Source: an uncultured Clostridia bacterium (GTDB lineage Bacteria > Bacillota > Clostridia > Christensenellales > UBA1242). Taken from it: a stretch of DNA of 56,448 nt. The stretch covers positions 1-56,448 of the forward strand of contig CALWKI010000069.1 in the NCBI GenBank assembly GCA_944381235.1, given 5' to 3'. The notes beneath the pieces were generated by a model that saw only the letters and a list, made by a program, of their open reading frames with translations, ran no database searches and had not been told where the DNA came from. Position 1 is the stretch's first letter. The number at the start of each line of letters is the position of its first letter. Of this stretch, positions 15,654 through 25,300 are shown piece after piece. Made by a program: the position numbers and the translations under genes.

Positions 15654-17171
15654 CTAATTTTGCACCTGTCTGTATATTATAATTTTGTCACCCTCTTGTA
15701 AAGGTAAGGTTAAATCCTTATTTTGTGACATAATCTCGGCCACACCAATGTTAAGTTCTTTTGCAATGTCCCATAAAGTCTCGTTTGCATGTGCAACATA
15801 AATTTCCATTGCATAATCTTCTGCCTCTTTTTCTTCGCCAAGTGTAATTTCAGTTGTTATATAAGATATTTCTCTTGATGAGACATTATAGTTAATCTTT
15901 ACTTCTGCCAAAATCTCTAGTTCCCTACCATGCCTGCTCTTTACATTTAAATCTCCAAAAGAAACGCTTATTTGTACATTATCATGACTTGTTACGTCTG
16001 GCGCATTAAAACTAAGTGAATAAGGGATATCAATATCTACTGAGTTTAGTTCGTCATTTCCGTCCTCGTCTTCCGAATAGTAGATAACATTTATTGTAGC
16101 TATTCCGTCGATTAAAACCTCTTTATCTTTTACTATTTGACTAACAACTCGAATATTTATTGGTATTACTGCAAGTATTTTATCAATGCTATTCATATTT
16201 TCACTTAATGTAAAGTTTGTAAGTATGTTTTCTTCCGCGAGTCGTGTTGGCAAGAAATTATCTTGTTCAAAAGAAACTGTAGTAAGCGTCAGTTCATAAC
16301 GTGTACTATACGCATCTTCTATACAAGTTGTATTTTTTGAGTCAAATACGTTAGCATTAATAACAACTGGAATTTCAAAATCAAATTTAGTGCCGTCTTC
16401 AGAGGTTGTAACAACTGCTTCCTTGGTTTGCAAACTCGCTTGAACAGTTGAATCTTTATTTATTCCCTTAAGTTCAATTTCCTCAGAAAAAGCTGTTTCC
16501 TTCACCATACTTTTAATAACGCCTTCGTCTGTGCTATACACAATGGTTGTAAATACGTCTCCACTCACAACAAAATAGTCGTTTGCTGGCACACTAGATT
16601 TAATGCTTGCATTATTTCTAACAAACAAAATACTATTTGTTTTACTATCCCTTGGAATATCAAAGGTTACTACCACGTCATAGTTTTCGCTACCGATTAG
16701 AGAATTGAAACTCACCTCTCCCTCTTTGACAAAAACATTGTCAGGTACAGTCGCACAAGCAAGGTCGGAGTTTGTATTCACAGCATAAATTTCAAAGTTT
16801 ACAACTGAAGAATATGCAAAATCGTCTGGGGAAAAATTTGCGTTTGTAAGTTCTGTTACTATTGGTCGAACATAGATAACAGAATCTTGTCTTATTTCAC
16901 TATTTTCAAAAGACAATGAAAATTTTTCCTTAGACGTTAAAGGCCGTAAATCCCCATTCTCTAGCACAACTAATAAGTCATATTCTAAGTCCCCATCAAA
17001 TTTAACCTCACCTTGACCTACCGATACATTATCAATAATTGCCCTTAACGCACTAGATAGTACTTTTGTAATCTTTAGTCCATCGACCTCACGAAATGCC
17101 ACCGTGCTCTTTAACTCACTACTCCCTAGCATATTCATCGTGGCAATGTCCAGATTTTCTACGTTTTCCAA
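15654..17171 (-). CDS. DUF3794-type sporulation-associated protein with a C-terminal LysM domain
   Basis: 505 aa. TTG start with an AAGGGGGT RBS. The C-terminal LysM reads YVAHANETLWDIAKELNIGVAEIMSQNKDLTLPLQEGDKIIIY. The long beta-rich N-terminal part resembles DUF3794/SPOCS proteins that neighbour veg in Clostridia. Confidence 0.6.
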   Translation of the reverse strand: MENVENLDIATMNMLGSSELKSTVAFREVDGLKITKVLSSALRAIIDNVSVGQGEVKFDGDLEYDLLVVLENGDLRPLTSKEKFSLSFENSEIRQDSVIYVRPIVTELTNANFSPDDFAYSSVVNFEIYAVNTNSDLACATVPDNVFVKEGEVSFNSLIGSENYDVVVTFDIPRDSKTNSILFVRNNASIKSSVPANDYFVVSGDVFTTIVYSTDEGVIKSMVKETAFSEEIELKGINKDSTVQASLQTKEAVVTTSEDGTKFDFEIPVVINANVFDSKNTTCIEDAYSTRYELTLTTVSFEQDNFLPTRLAEENILTNFTLSENMNSIDKILAVIPINIRVVSQIVKDKEVLIDGIATINVIYYSEDEDGNDELNSVDIDIPYSLSFNAPDVTSHDNVQISVSFGDLNVKSRHGRELEILAEVKINYNVSSREISYITTEITLGEEKEAEDYAMEIYVAHANETLWDIAKELNIGVAEIMSQNKDLTLPLQEGDKIIIYRQVQN

Positions 17172-17197
17172 AATTTTACCCCCTTTTTAAGAAGCAA

Positions 17198-17240
17198 TAA
17201 AAAATTGCTTTATTCATTTGTTATATGAATATAAAGCAAT
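17198..17240 (-). terminator. Terminator downstream of veg
   Basis: On the minus strand, attgctttat (rc of 17231-17240) pairs with ataaagcaat (rc of 17204-17213) across a 17-nt loop. A ttttt run follows. Confidence 0.6.
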
Positions 17241-17275
17241 CTTTCATTTTATGCTAATTTTTTTGAAGTAATTTG

Positions 17276-17521
17276 CTATTTTAGCTTTTCTATTATCTTG
17301 ACGTCACCACAAAGAACATCGGAATATGAACAGGTTACGTTTTTTAGTAATGTGTTATTTAAAATCTTCACAGTAAAGACAGAGGGATAAATATTCTCAA
17401 TAACACCTTCGTAAATATCTATTTTTTTTCTACCTCTGTTTATTGTTATTCCTATACCTTTACCTTTTATTGAGGTAATTTTATCCCTTATTTCATTTAA
17501 ATTTATTGTATTTCGTTGCAT
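17276..17521 (-). CDS. veg: Veg protein
   Basis: 81 aa. GKGIGITINRGRKKIDIYEGVIENIYPSVFTVKI...CSYSDVLCGDVKI matches B. subtilis Veg (GGRRK...YPSVF...SYSYADIL). Confidence 0.9.
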   Translation of the reverse strand: MQRNTINLNEIRDKITSIKGKGIGITINRGRKKIDIYEGVIENIYPSVFTVKILNNTLLKNVTCSYSDVLCGDVKIIEKLK

Positions 17522-17590
17522 AAATTATTATCTCCCGTCTAATTATAGACTAGAATTAATAATTTTATACAAAATCATATAACGGAAAAA

Positions 17591-18082
17591 TTACTCGTCT
17601 TCGTCATCGCCGTCGTACTCGTCATCATCGTCAAATTCGTCGTCTTCATCAAATTCGTCGAGTTTGCCAAGTCCAGCATCGTCAAGGTCGGAAGAATTAT
17701 CAAGGTCAATATCAATGTCGTCGTCTTCTTCTATGCCAGCATCATCAATGTCTGATAGTGGTGGAAGGTCGTCATCTTCGTCGTCCTTATCATTGTAATC
17801 TTCGTCGTCTACCTCTGTGTAAGAATCCCAAATAGAAGAGGTCTTCTTTTCATCATCTTCGTCTGCCGCTTCTTTCTCTCTTTTACAGGACACACACATA
17901 TCTTCATCAGGACTAATATAATTAGTCTTGCAAATAGGACAAAGTTCTAGATCAAGACTTTCATCTAATCCCTGACTACCGAGTGCCTTCATTTCCATTT
18001 TACAAACATTGCAAAATTTGTCTTTTTTCAAGATATAATTTAACTCGCATCTTGGACATCTAATATAAGTTTGATTTTTCAT
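17591..18082 (-). CDS. Double zinc-ribbon protein with an ~85-aa poly-acidic C-terminal tail, function unknown
   Basis: 163 aa. CPRC-x13-CNVC and CPIC-x12-CVSC. From about residue 75 the sequence is mostly D/E, e.g. DDEDYNDKDDEDDDLPPLSDIDDAGIEEDDDIDIDL...DEFDEDDEFDDDDEYDGDDEDE. Confidence 0.75.
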   Translation of the reverse strand: MKNQTYIRCPRCELNYILKKDKFCNVCKMEMKALGSQGLDESLDLELCPICKTNYISPDEDMCVSCKREKEAADEDDEKKTSSIWDSYTEVDDEDYNDKDDEDDDLPPLSDIDDAGIEEDDDIDIDLDNSSDLDDAGLGKLDEFDEDDEFDDDDEYDGDDEDE

Positions 18083-18391
18083 AACAACTCCATTTATATA
18101 TTACAGCATTTTATTATCACATTTTTTGTTATAAGACAAGCATTTTTTTATAGTTTTTTAAAATTATTTTATAGTCTATGTTGTTCGTTTTCTTTTATAC
18201 ACTATTCTTAGGTTTTTGACATTTTGGATTTTTTAATTTGACTAATAAAATATATTAAATACTATATAAAAACACTACTTTTATTTAATAGGTAAAAATT
18301 CACTCATTTAAAACAACAAAAATAAATTATCACCTTAAACTCATAGATAATATGCAGTAAGTATATAAATGGTTACCCATAAACCTAGCTT

Positions 18392-19153
18392 TTATGCACC
18401 TTCAAATAGCATTTTATCTGCAATAAGTGCAATAAATTCACCATTTGTTGGTTTGTCGTTAGGAGTGTAAATATCAACTCCAAACAACTGATTTATGTTG
18501 TCTATCCTGCCTCTATTCCAGGCAACTTCGATGGCATGTCTAATTGCTCTTTCAACCTTACTTGCACTTGTTGAAAAGTGCTTTGCAATACTTGGATATA
18601 ATTCACCAGTAATTGAATTAATTATGGAAGGGGTCTTCATAGCGATTTTTACCGCCTCTCTTAAGAACTGATAGCCTTTTATATGCGCCGGAATCCCAAT
18701 CGATAAAAAGATGTTACTTAGCTTTTCCTCTATCTCTCTATTCTTTGAATTATTCTCCACCACAACTACATTCTCATCGAGCCGATCCTCAACTAACTCA
18801 GTCGCGCGTCTTACGAGTAGTTCAGTCATAACAGGTTTAAGCATATAGTAAGTTGCACCAAGGTCAAAAGCCTTCTGGATAAACCCCTCGCTTTTGAGAC
18901 TAGATACTATTAAAAATTTAGTATTAATCTTTTCACCTTTAAACTTTTCTAGTAACTCATACCCGTCAAAACTATCTAAGACTATATCCATGATTACTAA
19001 ATCTGGTTTCTTTTCGCAAATCATATTGTAGCCAGTATTTGCATCACTACTCTCACCTATGATTTCGAAGTTGCCTACATCTTTAAACGCCTCCTTATAC
19101 TTTTCTCTTTCAACAACATTTCCTTCTAAAATTAGCACGGCAAAATTTTTCAC
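18392..19153 (-). CDS. spo0A: Sporulation master regulator Spo0A
   Basis: 253 aa. GTG start with a GGAGAAAAG RBS. Receiver domain has the phospho-acceptor context DLVIMDIVLDSFDG. The Spo0A_C signature is SIGIPAHIKGYQFLREAVKIA...ELYPSIAKHFSTSASKVERAIRHAIEVAWNRG...KPTNGEFIALIADK. Confidence 0.93.
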   Translation of the reverse strand: MKNFAVLILEGNVVEREKYKEAFKDVGNFEIIGESSDANTGYNMICEKKPDLVIMDIVLDSFDGYELLEKFKGEKINTKFLIVSSLKSEGFIQKAFDLGATYYMLKPVMTELLVRRATELVEDRLDENVVVVENNSKNREIEEKLSNIFLSIGIPAHIKGYQFLREAVKIAMKTPSIINSITGELYPSIAKHFSTSASKVERAIRHAIEVAWNRGRIDNINQLFGVDIYTPNDKPTNGEFIALIADKMLFEGA

Positions 19154-19774
19154 GTCTTCTTTTCTCCTTTTTTTAGCTTTTATCTCTTTGGCATTGTCAT
19201 AATATCACATTATTTAAATAAAAAAAAGCGAATTAATGTAAATTTTTAAAAATTTTTGTAAAAAACATAAAAAATATTTTAAAATATTATTAAATGTTAT
19301 ATTTTTTTGTTTTTTCATAAATTAATTTTAGTGAAATAGCCCATTTTTGTTCTTTTGATTTTTGCTTTATTTCTAAAAAATATCATTTAATTACATATTT
19401 CAAAGTTTTCAAAATCATAAATTTTCTATTATTATATATTTTTGTAAAAAATTAATTTTTACATTTTTCTTTTTTTTATTTCTAAAAAAGAAGAAAGACA
19501 TTTTACGTTGTTTAAAAACAAGTCAAAGCATAAAAAACTTAACCTGATTTTTTCACAAAACTAATAAGGTAAACTTGCTTTGAGTACATAAAAGTAAAAA
19601 CGGGCATCTTGTTACTTTTTGTGGAAATTTAACCTAGAAGAGTGGCGAGAAATTTTGATAATAAACATAAAGAGGTTACCTTTTAATAACATCTTATAGT
19701 CCCACAACAAATTATCTAGCAAGACAATAAGAGTTTGTTTCTAATAATTTTTTATCAGTGCGCTCAATCTTCAA

Positions 19775-19801
19775 CAAAAAAAGGAAGGGTTAACCCCTTC
19801 C
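19775..19801 (-). terminator. Terminator of the lipoprotein gene
   Basis: ggaaggg (19783-19789) pairs with cccttcc (19795-19801). The A-run at 19776-19782 becomes a T-run after the hairpin on the minus strand. Confidence 0.75.
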
Positions 19802-19826
19802 TCGATTAATAGACTATTTTATTAAC

Positions 19827-21257
19827 TTATTCTTGTTTTACGCCAATATATCTACTAATAATACTTCCTTCAGTTTCATCAACGAAAGACACCTGCTCAT
19901 CAATCATAAGCATATGAAGATAATTTAGAGTGTCACCATCTTCTTGCGAGTAAACAAAGATCCTTTCATTGTCAAAATCAAACATTTCAGTACTATTAAC
20001 CTCATAACTAAATTCGGTTGCAATAACGACTGGTTCTGAATAATCTGACACAGTATACCTATTCCCCTCAATACTAAAATTCAAAGTACACTTATAGAGA
20101 GCAGTATCATCCGCAACTTGATAGTAGAATTCATTTCCTTGGGTAGCAAGTAATGTAACTTCTTTTGTCGTATCAGACAAGACACCAATTTCACGAACAA
20201 TACCATTATTATAATATGTTATAGAATAATTAGTACCATCATAGAAAACGCCAAGGATACCTCTATCAAGATTTGCGCTGCCAATGCTAGCATCTAGTAT
20301 AAGGTAGTCTGTTATTGAATTTGCAGAACTAGAAATTGAAATCTCTGCATAAACGCTAGGAATATAAGTTGAAAGGTTATCTTGCCCAAAAGATTTAAGT
20401 ACTCCGTCTTCAGTAAAATAAATTCTATTGTTCTTAACGCTCTCAACTAATAATTCTGAACTAGACCTAAAAATTACGCTTTCATCTCCACCACTAAGCA
20501 AACGTCTACACAAATAATAAGTACTTGTATCACTATCTTGTCTAGTATAGTAGACATATTTATTTATTTCTTGAACGCTTTCCCCTGCAACAATATTATT
20601 TTGCTCAAAAACCGCAAATGATGTAGCCCCGTCAACATTGATTACTTCACGTTTATTTCCACCGTCTATTGCCATAACAATTAGTTTATTGTCTGCATCG
20701 CGCGATGCAATATACACTATATTATCAACGCTTACAAGATCATAACTTGCCTCTGCGCTATAATTTGAAATACTGTATATCTCCTCATGCTCAGTACCAT
20801 TAAGTCTTACCCTATCAATTCTAACTAGTCCATAAGTTAGTTCACCAGTGTTAGTCGCAACAGTATAAGGAGTTGCATAGTACAGATAGTCGCCAAAAAT
20901 ATAAAGTCCAGCGTACGCAAAACCACCAACGTTATAAGTAACAAGTTCAACTCCCTCTCGTTTCCCCTCGTCGTTTAAGTCAACTCCACCAAACTGATTA
21001 AGTTTTGTCCTATAAATGCCATATATCTTTTGTGCACTACCATCGTCGTATTTATTATCATTATTTGAGATAGAGTTATAATCAACAAACGCGTTAGCAA
21101 AATACAGATAATCGCCCTTAACAACTGCCGAACCGCCATTTCCATAAATAGAATCATTGCTTGCTGGTCCACCAGAAAGATTTATAGCGTTACATGCAAA
21201 GAGTAACACCGAAAAAACAAGTAAAAATGATAATAAAAAAATTGATTTCTTTTTCAA
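19827..21257 (-). CDS. Lipoprotein, DUF5050-like beta-propeller
   Basis: 476 aa. TTG start. Lipobox within MKKKSIFLLSFLLVFSVLLFAC. Repeated GNGGSAVVKGDYLYFAN and GDYLYYAT motifs resemble DUF5050/TolB-like blades. Confidence 0.6.
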   Translation of the reverse strand: MKKKSIFLLSFLLVFSVLLFACNAINLSGGPASNDSIYGNGGSAVVKGDYLYFANAFVDYNSISNNDNKYDDGSAQKIYGIYRTKLNQFGGVDLNDEGKREGVELVTYNVGGFAYAGLYIFGDYLYYATPYTVATNTGELTYGLVRIDRVRLNGTEHEEIYSISNYSAEASYDLVSVDNIVYIASRDADNKLIVMAIDGGNKREVINVDGATSFAVFEQNNIVAGESVQEINKYVYYTRQDSDTSTYYLCRRLLSGGDESVIFRSSSELLVESVKNNRIYFTEDGVLKSFGQDNLSTYIPSVYAEISISSSANSITDYLILDASIGSANLDRGILGVFYDGTNYSITYYNNGIVREIGVLSDTTKEVTLLATQGNEFYYQVADDTALYKCTLNFSIEGNRYTVSDYSEPVVIATEFSYEVNSTEMFDFDNERIFVYSQEDGDTLNYLHMLMIDEQVSFVDETEGSIISRYIGVKQE

Positions 21258-21513
21258 AGCCCTATAACCTCACTAAAACAAAAGAATACTACCAAAATTT
21301 TACCCATTTGTCAATTATATTAAACCCTTTAAAAAATTTTTATTATAGTGAAGTTCGCTAAAACTTATATTTGTTTGTAAATATGTTAAATTTAACACAT
21401 AATATATTAAAAATGTTAAACTAATTTATTCCCTATTAAAACCTAATATAAAAAATTTAAGTATTGCAAATCTTTATTTTAAATTTTTATATTAATAGTA
21501 TTTTTTATTTATA

Positions 21514-22437
21514 TCAAATTAAATCAACTTTGAGCGTCTCTCCACTAACGGCATCTTGACAAACAATAAAATACCCTTCTCCATTGGCATTATTAACATC
21601 CTTTGGAAGCCAACCTGCGTATTCTTTTATGTCTTCCGGTGGATTGTTTCCACCTATTGACGGGACGCCATAGCAAATATATAAAACATCTCCATTTTCC
21701 TTGTATATAAGTCCCAAAATATAATAATTACCATCGTTGTCATAAACAATTTTCGCCCATTTAGAACTAGGTATTATTTCTTCTAAAACTTTGTATTCTT
21801 CATATTTGTTAAAGAGCGCGTCAATTTGAGGTTTTATTTGTTCATAAAAGGTTTTACTATCATTATCATCATCCACTTTTGCGTCCGCCTCATTACTTGA
21901 CGATGCAACCTTTGCGTCATTTTCTTTAAGACACCCGCCCTCATTATAAAAAGCCTCTCGATATTTACACTTTGCACACGCATCAAAATATGTTGTTGAT
22001 AAGTCTTGCTCTAAATTTTTATCAATTAAATCTTCTATTTTTTCTTGACTATCTTCTTCGTATAATACAGATGTGTCCTCAGGTTTTTCTGGCATAAAAG
22101 CACCTTCAATTTTGCTATTTTCTGTACTTGAATTTTCACTTCCACTTAGAACAATTTCTGGACAAAAAGGATTTGAAATGTCTACAACTGCACAACTTAG
22201 ACCCTTATTAAAATTAAGTACACTTGACAGTGAAAACGTACAATTATCTCCTTTTATAATTAGTGGCACCTTCATAACTTTTGATTCCTGTTTTATTCCA
22301 AGAGCGAATGTATGCGACGCGTCTTTTAAATTAAAAAATTTGATTTGACTTTTATCTATATTTTTTAAATTAAGTATTGCCTTAAAATTTTTGTCCTTAT
22401 CACTATTTAAAATCAAAGTTTTTGCAGATTCACTCAC
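21514..22437 (-). CDS. Hypothetical protein (307 aa)
   Basis: Long ORF with a GTG start and an AAAGGAGT RBS. Central CAKCKYREAFYNEGGC motif and an acidic linker. No family recognised. Confidence 0.65.
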   Translation of the reverse strand: MSESAKTLILNSDKDKNFKAILNLKNIDKSQIKFFNLKDASHTFALGIKQESKVMKVPLIIKGDNCTFSLSSVLNFNKGLSCAVVDISNPFCPEIVLSGSENSSTENSKIEGAFMPEKPEDTSVLYEEDSQEKIEDLIDKNLEQDLSTTYFDACAKCKYREAFYNEGGCLKENDAKVASSSNEADAKVDDDNDSKTFYEQIKPQIDALFNKYEEYKVLEEIIPSSKWAKIVYDNDGNYYILGLIYKENGDVLYICYGVPSIGGNNPPEDIKEYAGWLPKDVNNANGEGYFIVCQDAVSGETLKVDLI

Positions 22438-22577
22438 TTTTTACTCCTTTTAGTTTCTTTTCGTTCTGTAATTATCTAAATTATTTTATAAATAACTAAG
22501 GTAAAATTTTTAGCATAAAAAAAAGAAACATATACTTTTATGTAATATATATGCTTCTTTTTAATTTCCTGACAAAA

Positions 22578-23378
22578 TTATTTTAACTCATTGTATAAAT
22601 TAACAAAATCTTTTGCTTCTAACTCCTCAGGTCTCACTTTTAAATCTAAACCTAGAGTGCTTAGCCCGGTCATAACAACCTCTTTTGTAAATCCCGCCGA
22701 CATTAAGTTATTATAAAGCGTCTTTCTTTTCATCTTAAACGAATTTTGAATAAAAGAAATAAAATCATCTTTATTTAAAATATTAAATTTATCTTTTTTA
22801 ATAGTTATCTCAAGTATGCAAGAATCAACCTTTGGCATAGGCGTAAAAACTTGCCTTTTAACCTCACGAACTATTTTACAATCCGCAAAAGAATTAAGTA
22901 TTATGGTAGAAGCCCCATATTCCTTAGTGTGAGGAGAGGCCGAAAACCTTTCTCCAACTTCGCGCTGAACCATAACAAACATTTTTTTAAGTTGCGTGCT
23001 TTCATGTAAAAACTTAAAAATGATAGGAGATGTTATATAATAAGGTAAATTAGCAATAACATAATATTCGCAATTATTTAACTTAGTTTCAATGTCTAAA
23101 ACATTTTCTTTTAAAATATCCTTAAAAACAAACTCTAAATTATTAAAATTTTTAGACAAAGTTGTTAAAGGTTCAATTAGCGTTTTATCGACTTCAAAAC
23201 TTAAAACGCGCTTATATCTTGACGCAAGGCAACTTGTAAGAGTACCAAGTCCCGCTCCTATTTCGACCACAACACTGTCACTACTTAAATTAAAGTCATC
23301 AAGTAAAGAATTCAAAAACTTTATGTCGTAAATAAAGTTTTGCCCTAGACTCTTTTTATAATTAAATTTTTTATTCAT
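22578..23378 (-). CDS. rsmA: 16S rRNA (adenine1518/1519-N6)-dimethyltransferase RsmA/KsgA
   Basis: 266 aa. KKSLGQNFIYD and VVEIGAGLGTLT (SAM motif) and ANLPYYITSPI. Confidence 0.92.
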   Translation of the reverse strand: MNKKFNYKKSLGQNFIYDIKFLNSLLDDFNLSSDSVVVEIGAGLGTLTSCLASRYKRVLSFEVDKTLIEPLTTLSKNFNNLEFVFKDILKENVLDIETKLNNCEYYVIANLPYYITSPIIFKFLHESTQLKKMFVMVQREVGERFSASPHTKEYGASTIILNSFADCKIVREVKRQVFTPMPKVDSCILEITIKKDKFNILNKDDFISFIQNSFKMKRKTLYNNLMSAGFTKEVVMTGLSTLGLDLKVRPEELEAKDFVNLYNELK

Positions 23379-23390
23379 ATTTTTGTACCT

Positions 23391-24155
23391 TTAGCTAATT
23401 CTAAATACTGTTTTTGCGTTATTTTCAGTCGTTTCTAATACTTCGTCTAAACTAATATTTTTAAGTTCTGCGATTTTCATTGCAACATATTTTACATAAC
23501 TTGGTCTATTTACTTCTCCTCTATGAGGAGTAGGTGCTAAATATGGGGCATCAGTCTCAATTAGCATCTTGTCTAGTGGTATTTCTCGAATTACGTCTAG
23601 AATTTTATTTGCGTTCTTAAAAGTACAAATTCCGTTAATACTAATATAAAACCCAAATTTAATAAGTTCCCTTGCACTTTCCACACTTCCACTAAAACTG
23701 TGGATAACTCCAGAATTTTTAAAATATTTCTTATTTTCTTTTACAATTTCAAGAAAGTCACCCATTGCTTCTCTTACATGAAAAACGCAAGGGAGAGAGA
23801 GTTCATCTGCAAGTTTTATTTGTGACAGTAAAACTTCTTTCTGCCTATCTTGAGTGTCCTTGTCATAGTAATAATCAAGTCCAATTTCGCCAATCGCGAC
23901 AACTTTTTTATTTTTAGATAAAGTTTTATATGTTTCTAAATCTTCCACACTAAACTCCATAACTTCATGAGGATGAGTGCCTATTGTCGCATAAATAAAT
24001 GGACTTTTAGTGGCAAGATCTATACACATAAGCGAATGCTCAACATTATCTGCGCTACAAACACAAATTTGTTTTGAACTTTCAAGTTCTTTTATAACTT
24101 CATCTCTTATTTCATCAAATTTTTCGTCATATAAGTGACAATGTGCATCAATCAT
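23391..24155 (-). CDS. tatD: TatD family metal-dependent hydrolase/DNase
   Basis: 254 aa. MIDAHCHL, GEIGLDYYY, HSFSGS and ETDAPYL motifs. Confidence 0.9.
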   Translation of the reverse strand: MIDAHCHLYDEKFDEIRDEVIKELESSKQICVCSADNVEHSLMCIDLATKSPFIYATIGTHPHEVMEFSVEDLETYKTLSKNKKVVAIGEIGLDYYYDKDTQDRQKEVLLSQIKLADELSLPCVFHVREAMGDFLEIVKENKKYFKNSGVIHSFSGSVESARELIKFGFYISINGICTFKNANKILDVIREIPLDKMLIETDAPYLAPTPHRGEVNRPSYVKYVAMKIAELKNISLDEVLETTENNAKTVFRIS

Positions 24156-24221
24156 GCAAATATTGTATCACATTAAAATGTTATTTGCATACCTTTTTTT
24201 ATTAATTCATAAACATTTTAT

Positions 24222-24797
24222 ATGAATAAAATTTGGTTCTGGTGCATCGTCACAAGTATTTGTATTCTTCTTTATATCAATCCTGAGATCGTCCTACCTT
24301 CTATGCTTGACGCAAGCGAAAGTACGCTAAAATTATGTCTTAGTTTGTGCGCAATTTATTCCGTTTGGATGGGAATTTTGCAAGTAATGGAGGATAGCGG
24401 AATAAATAAAAAACTATCAAAATTTTTAACACCTGTTACAAAGAAAATTTTTGGAAATTTAGATGAAGCAACAAACGAACTCATTTGTATGAATATTTCA
24501 TGCAACATTCTTGGTATGGGAGGGGCGGCAACGCCACTTGGAATGAAAGCGATGCAAAGACTTGACGACGGTAGTGGAAATGCAAATAGAGCCATGATAA
24601 TGTTAATTATTTTTGCATCTACCTCAATGCAAATTTTACCTACAACAGTCATTGGTCTTAGGATTACAGCTGGTAGTACAAGCCCTAGTGACATTATTCT
24701 ACCTACCATAATTGCCGCAATTTTTACAACTGTTGTAGGGATTTCAATAGCCATAATTATAGAACGATTTAGAGAAAGGAAAAGAAAGAAAAAATGA
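24222..24797 (+). CDS. spmA: Spore maturation protein A (nucleoside-recognition-domain membrane protein)
   Basis: 191 aa polytopic membrane protein. MNKIWFWCIV...SVWMGILQVMEDSGI is SpmA-like. Its end overlaps the downstream spmB start by 4 nt. Confidence 0.8.
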   Translation: MNKIWFWCIVTSICILLYINPEIVLPSMLDASESTLKLCLSLCAIYSVWMGILQVMEDSGINKKLSKFLTPVTKKIFGNLDEATNELICMNISCNILGMGGAATPLGMKAMQRLDDGSGNANRAMIMLIIFASTSMQILPTTVIGLRITAGSTSPSDIILPTIIAAIFTTVVGISIAIIIERFRERKRKKK

Positions 24798-25300
24798 GCA
24801 TATATTTACTGCCTGTACTAATACTATTTGTTTTTGTTTATGCGAAAATAAAAAAAGTCAATGTTTATAACAGTTTTATAAACGGCGCAAAGCAAAGCCT
24901 AGGCGTCGTTGTTAGCATCTTCCCTTTTCTTGTAACAATTATGATAATGGTCCAATTTATTAAAATAAGTGGACTAGCCTCCCTCGTGGCAAATTTAATT
25001 TCCCCAGTCTTTAACCTTATGGGCATTCCAAGTGAATTATGCGAACTCGTACTCCTAAAACCTTTTAGCGGAAACGGAAGTCTTGCTATTCTAAACGATA
25101 TCTTTACAACCTATGGAGTAGATAGTTACATAGGAAGGTGTGCAAGTGTAATTGTTGGAAGTTGCGACACAGTTTTTTACGTAACAACCTTGTATTGCTC
25201 TCAAATAAAGGTAAAACGTCTATTCTATGCCGTACCTGTGGCATTACTTGCCACCCTTCTTGGAACAGTGCTTAGTTGTCTACTCTGTAGATTCATGTAA
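24794..25300 (+). CDS. spmB: Spore maturation protein B
   Basis: 168 aa membrane protein translationally coupled to spmA. LLKPFSGNGSLAIL is an SpmB-type motif. Confidence 0.8.
   Translation: MSIYLLPVLILFVFVYAKIKKVNVYNSFINGAKQSLGVVVSIFPFLVTIMIMVQFIKISGLASLVANLISPVFNLMGIPSELCELVLLKPFSGNGSLAILNDIFTTYGVDSYIGRCASVIVGSCDTVFYVTTLYCSQIKVKRLFYAVPVALLATLLGTVLSCLLCRFM

Noticed and set aside
19154-19826. Perfect Spo0A boxes (TGTCGAA/TTCGACA) upstream of spo0A
   Set aside because: None found by eye, only partial matches such as agcgaa. I therefore annotate no regulatory site here.
25280-25300. Convergent 3' overlaps: spmB with the methyltransferase (21 nt), and the 87-aa ORF with pfkA (4 nt at 28928-28931)
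   Set aside because: Short convergent stop-region overlaps are common in compact genomes. There is no evidence of special function.
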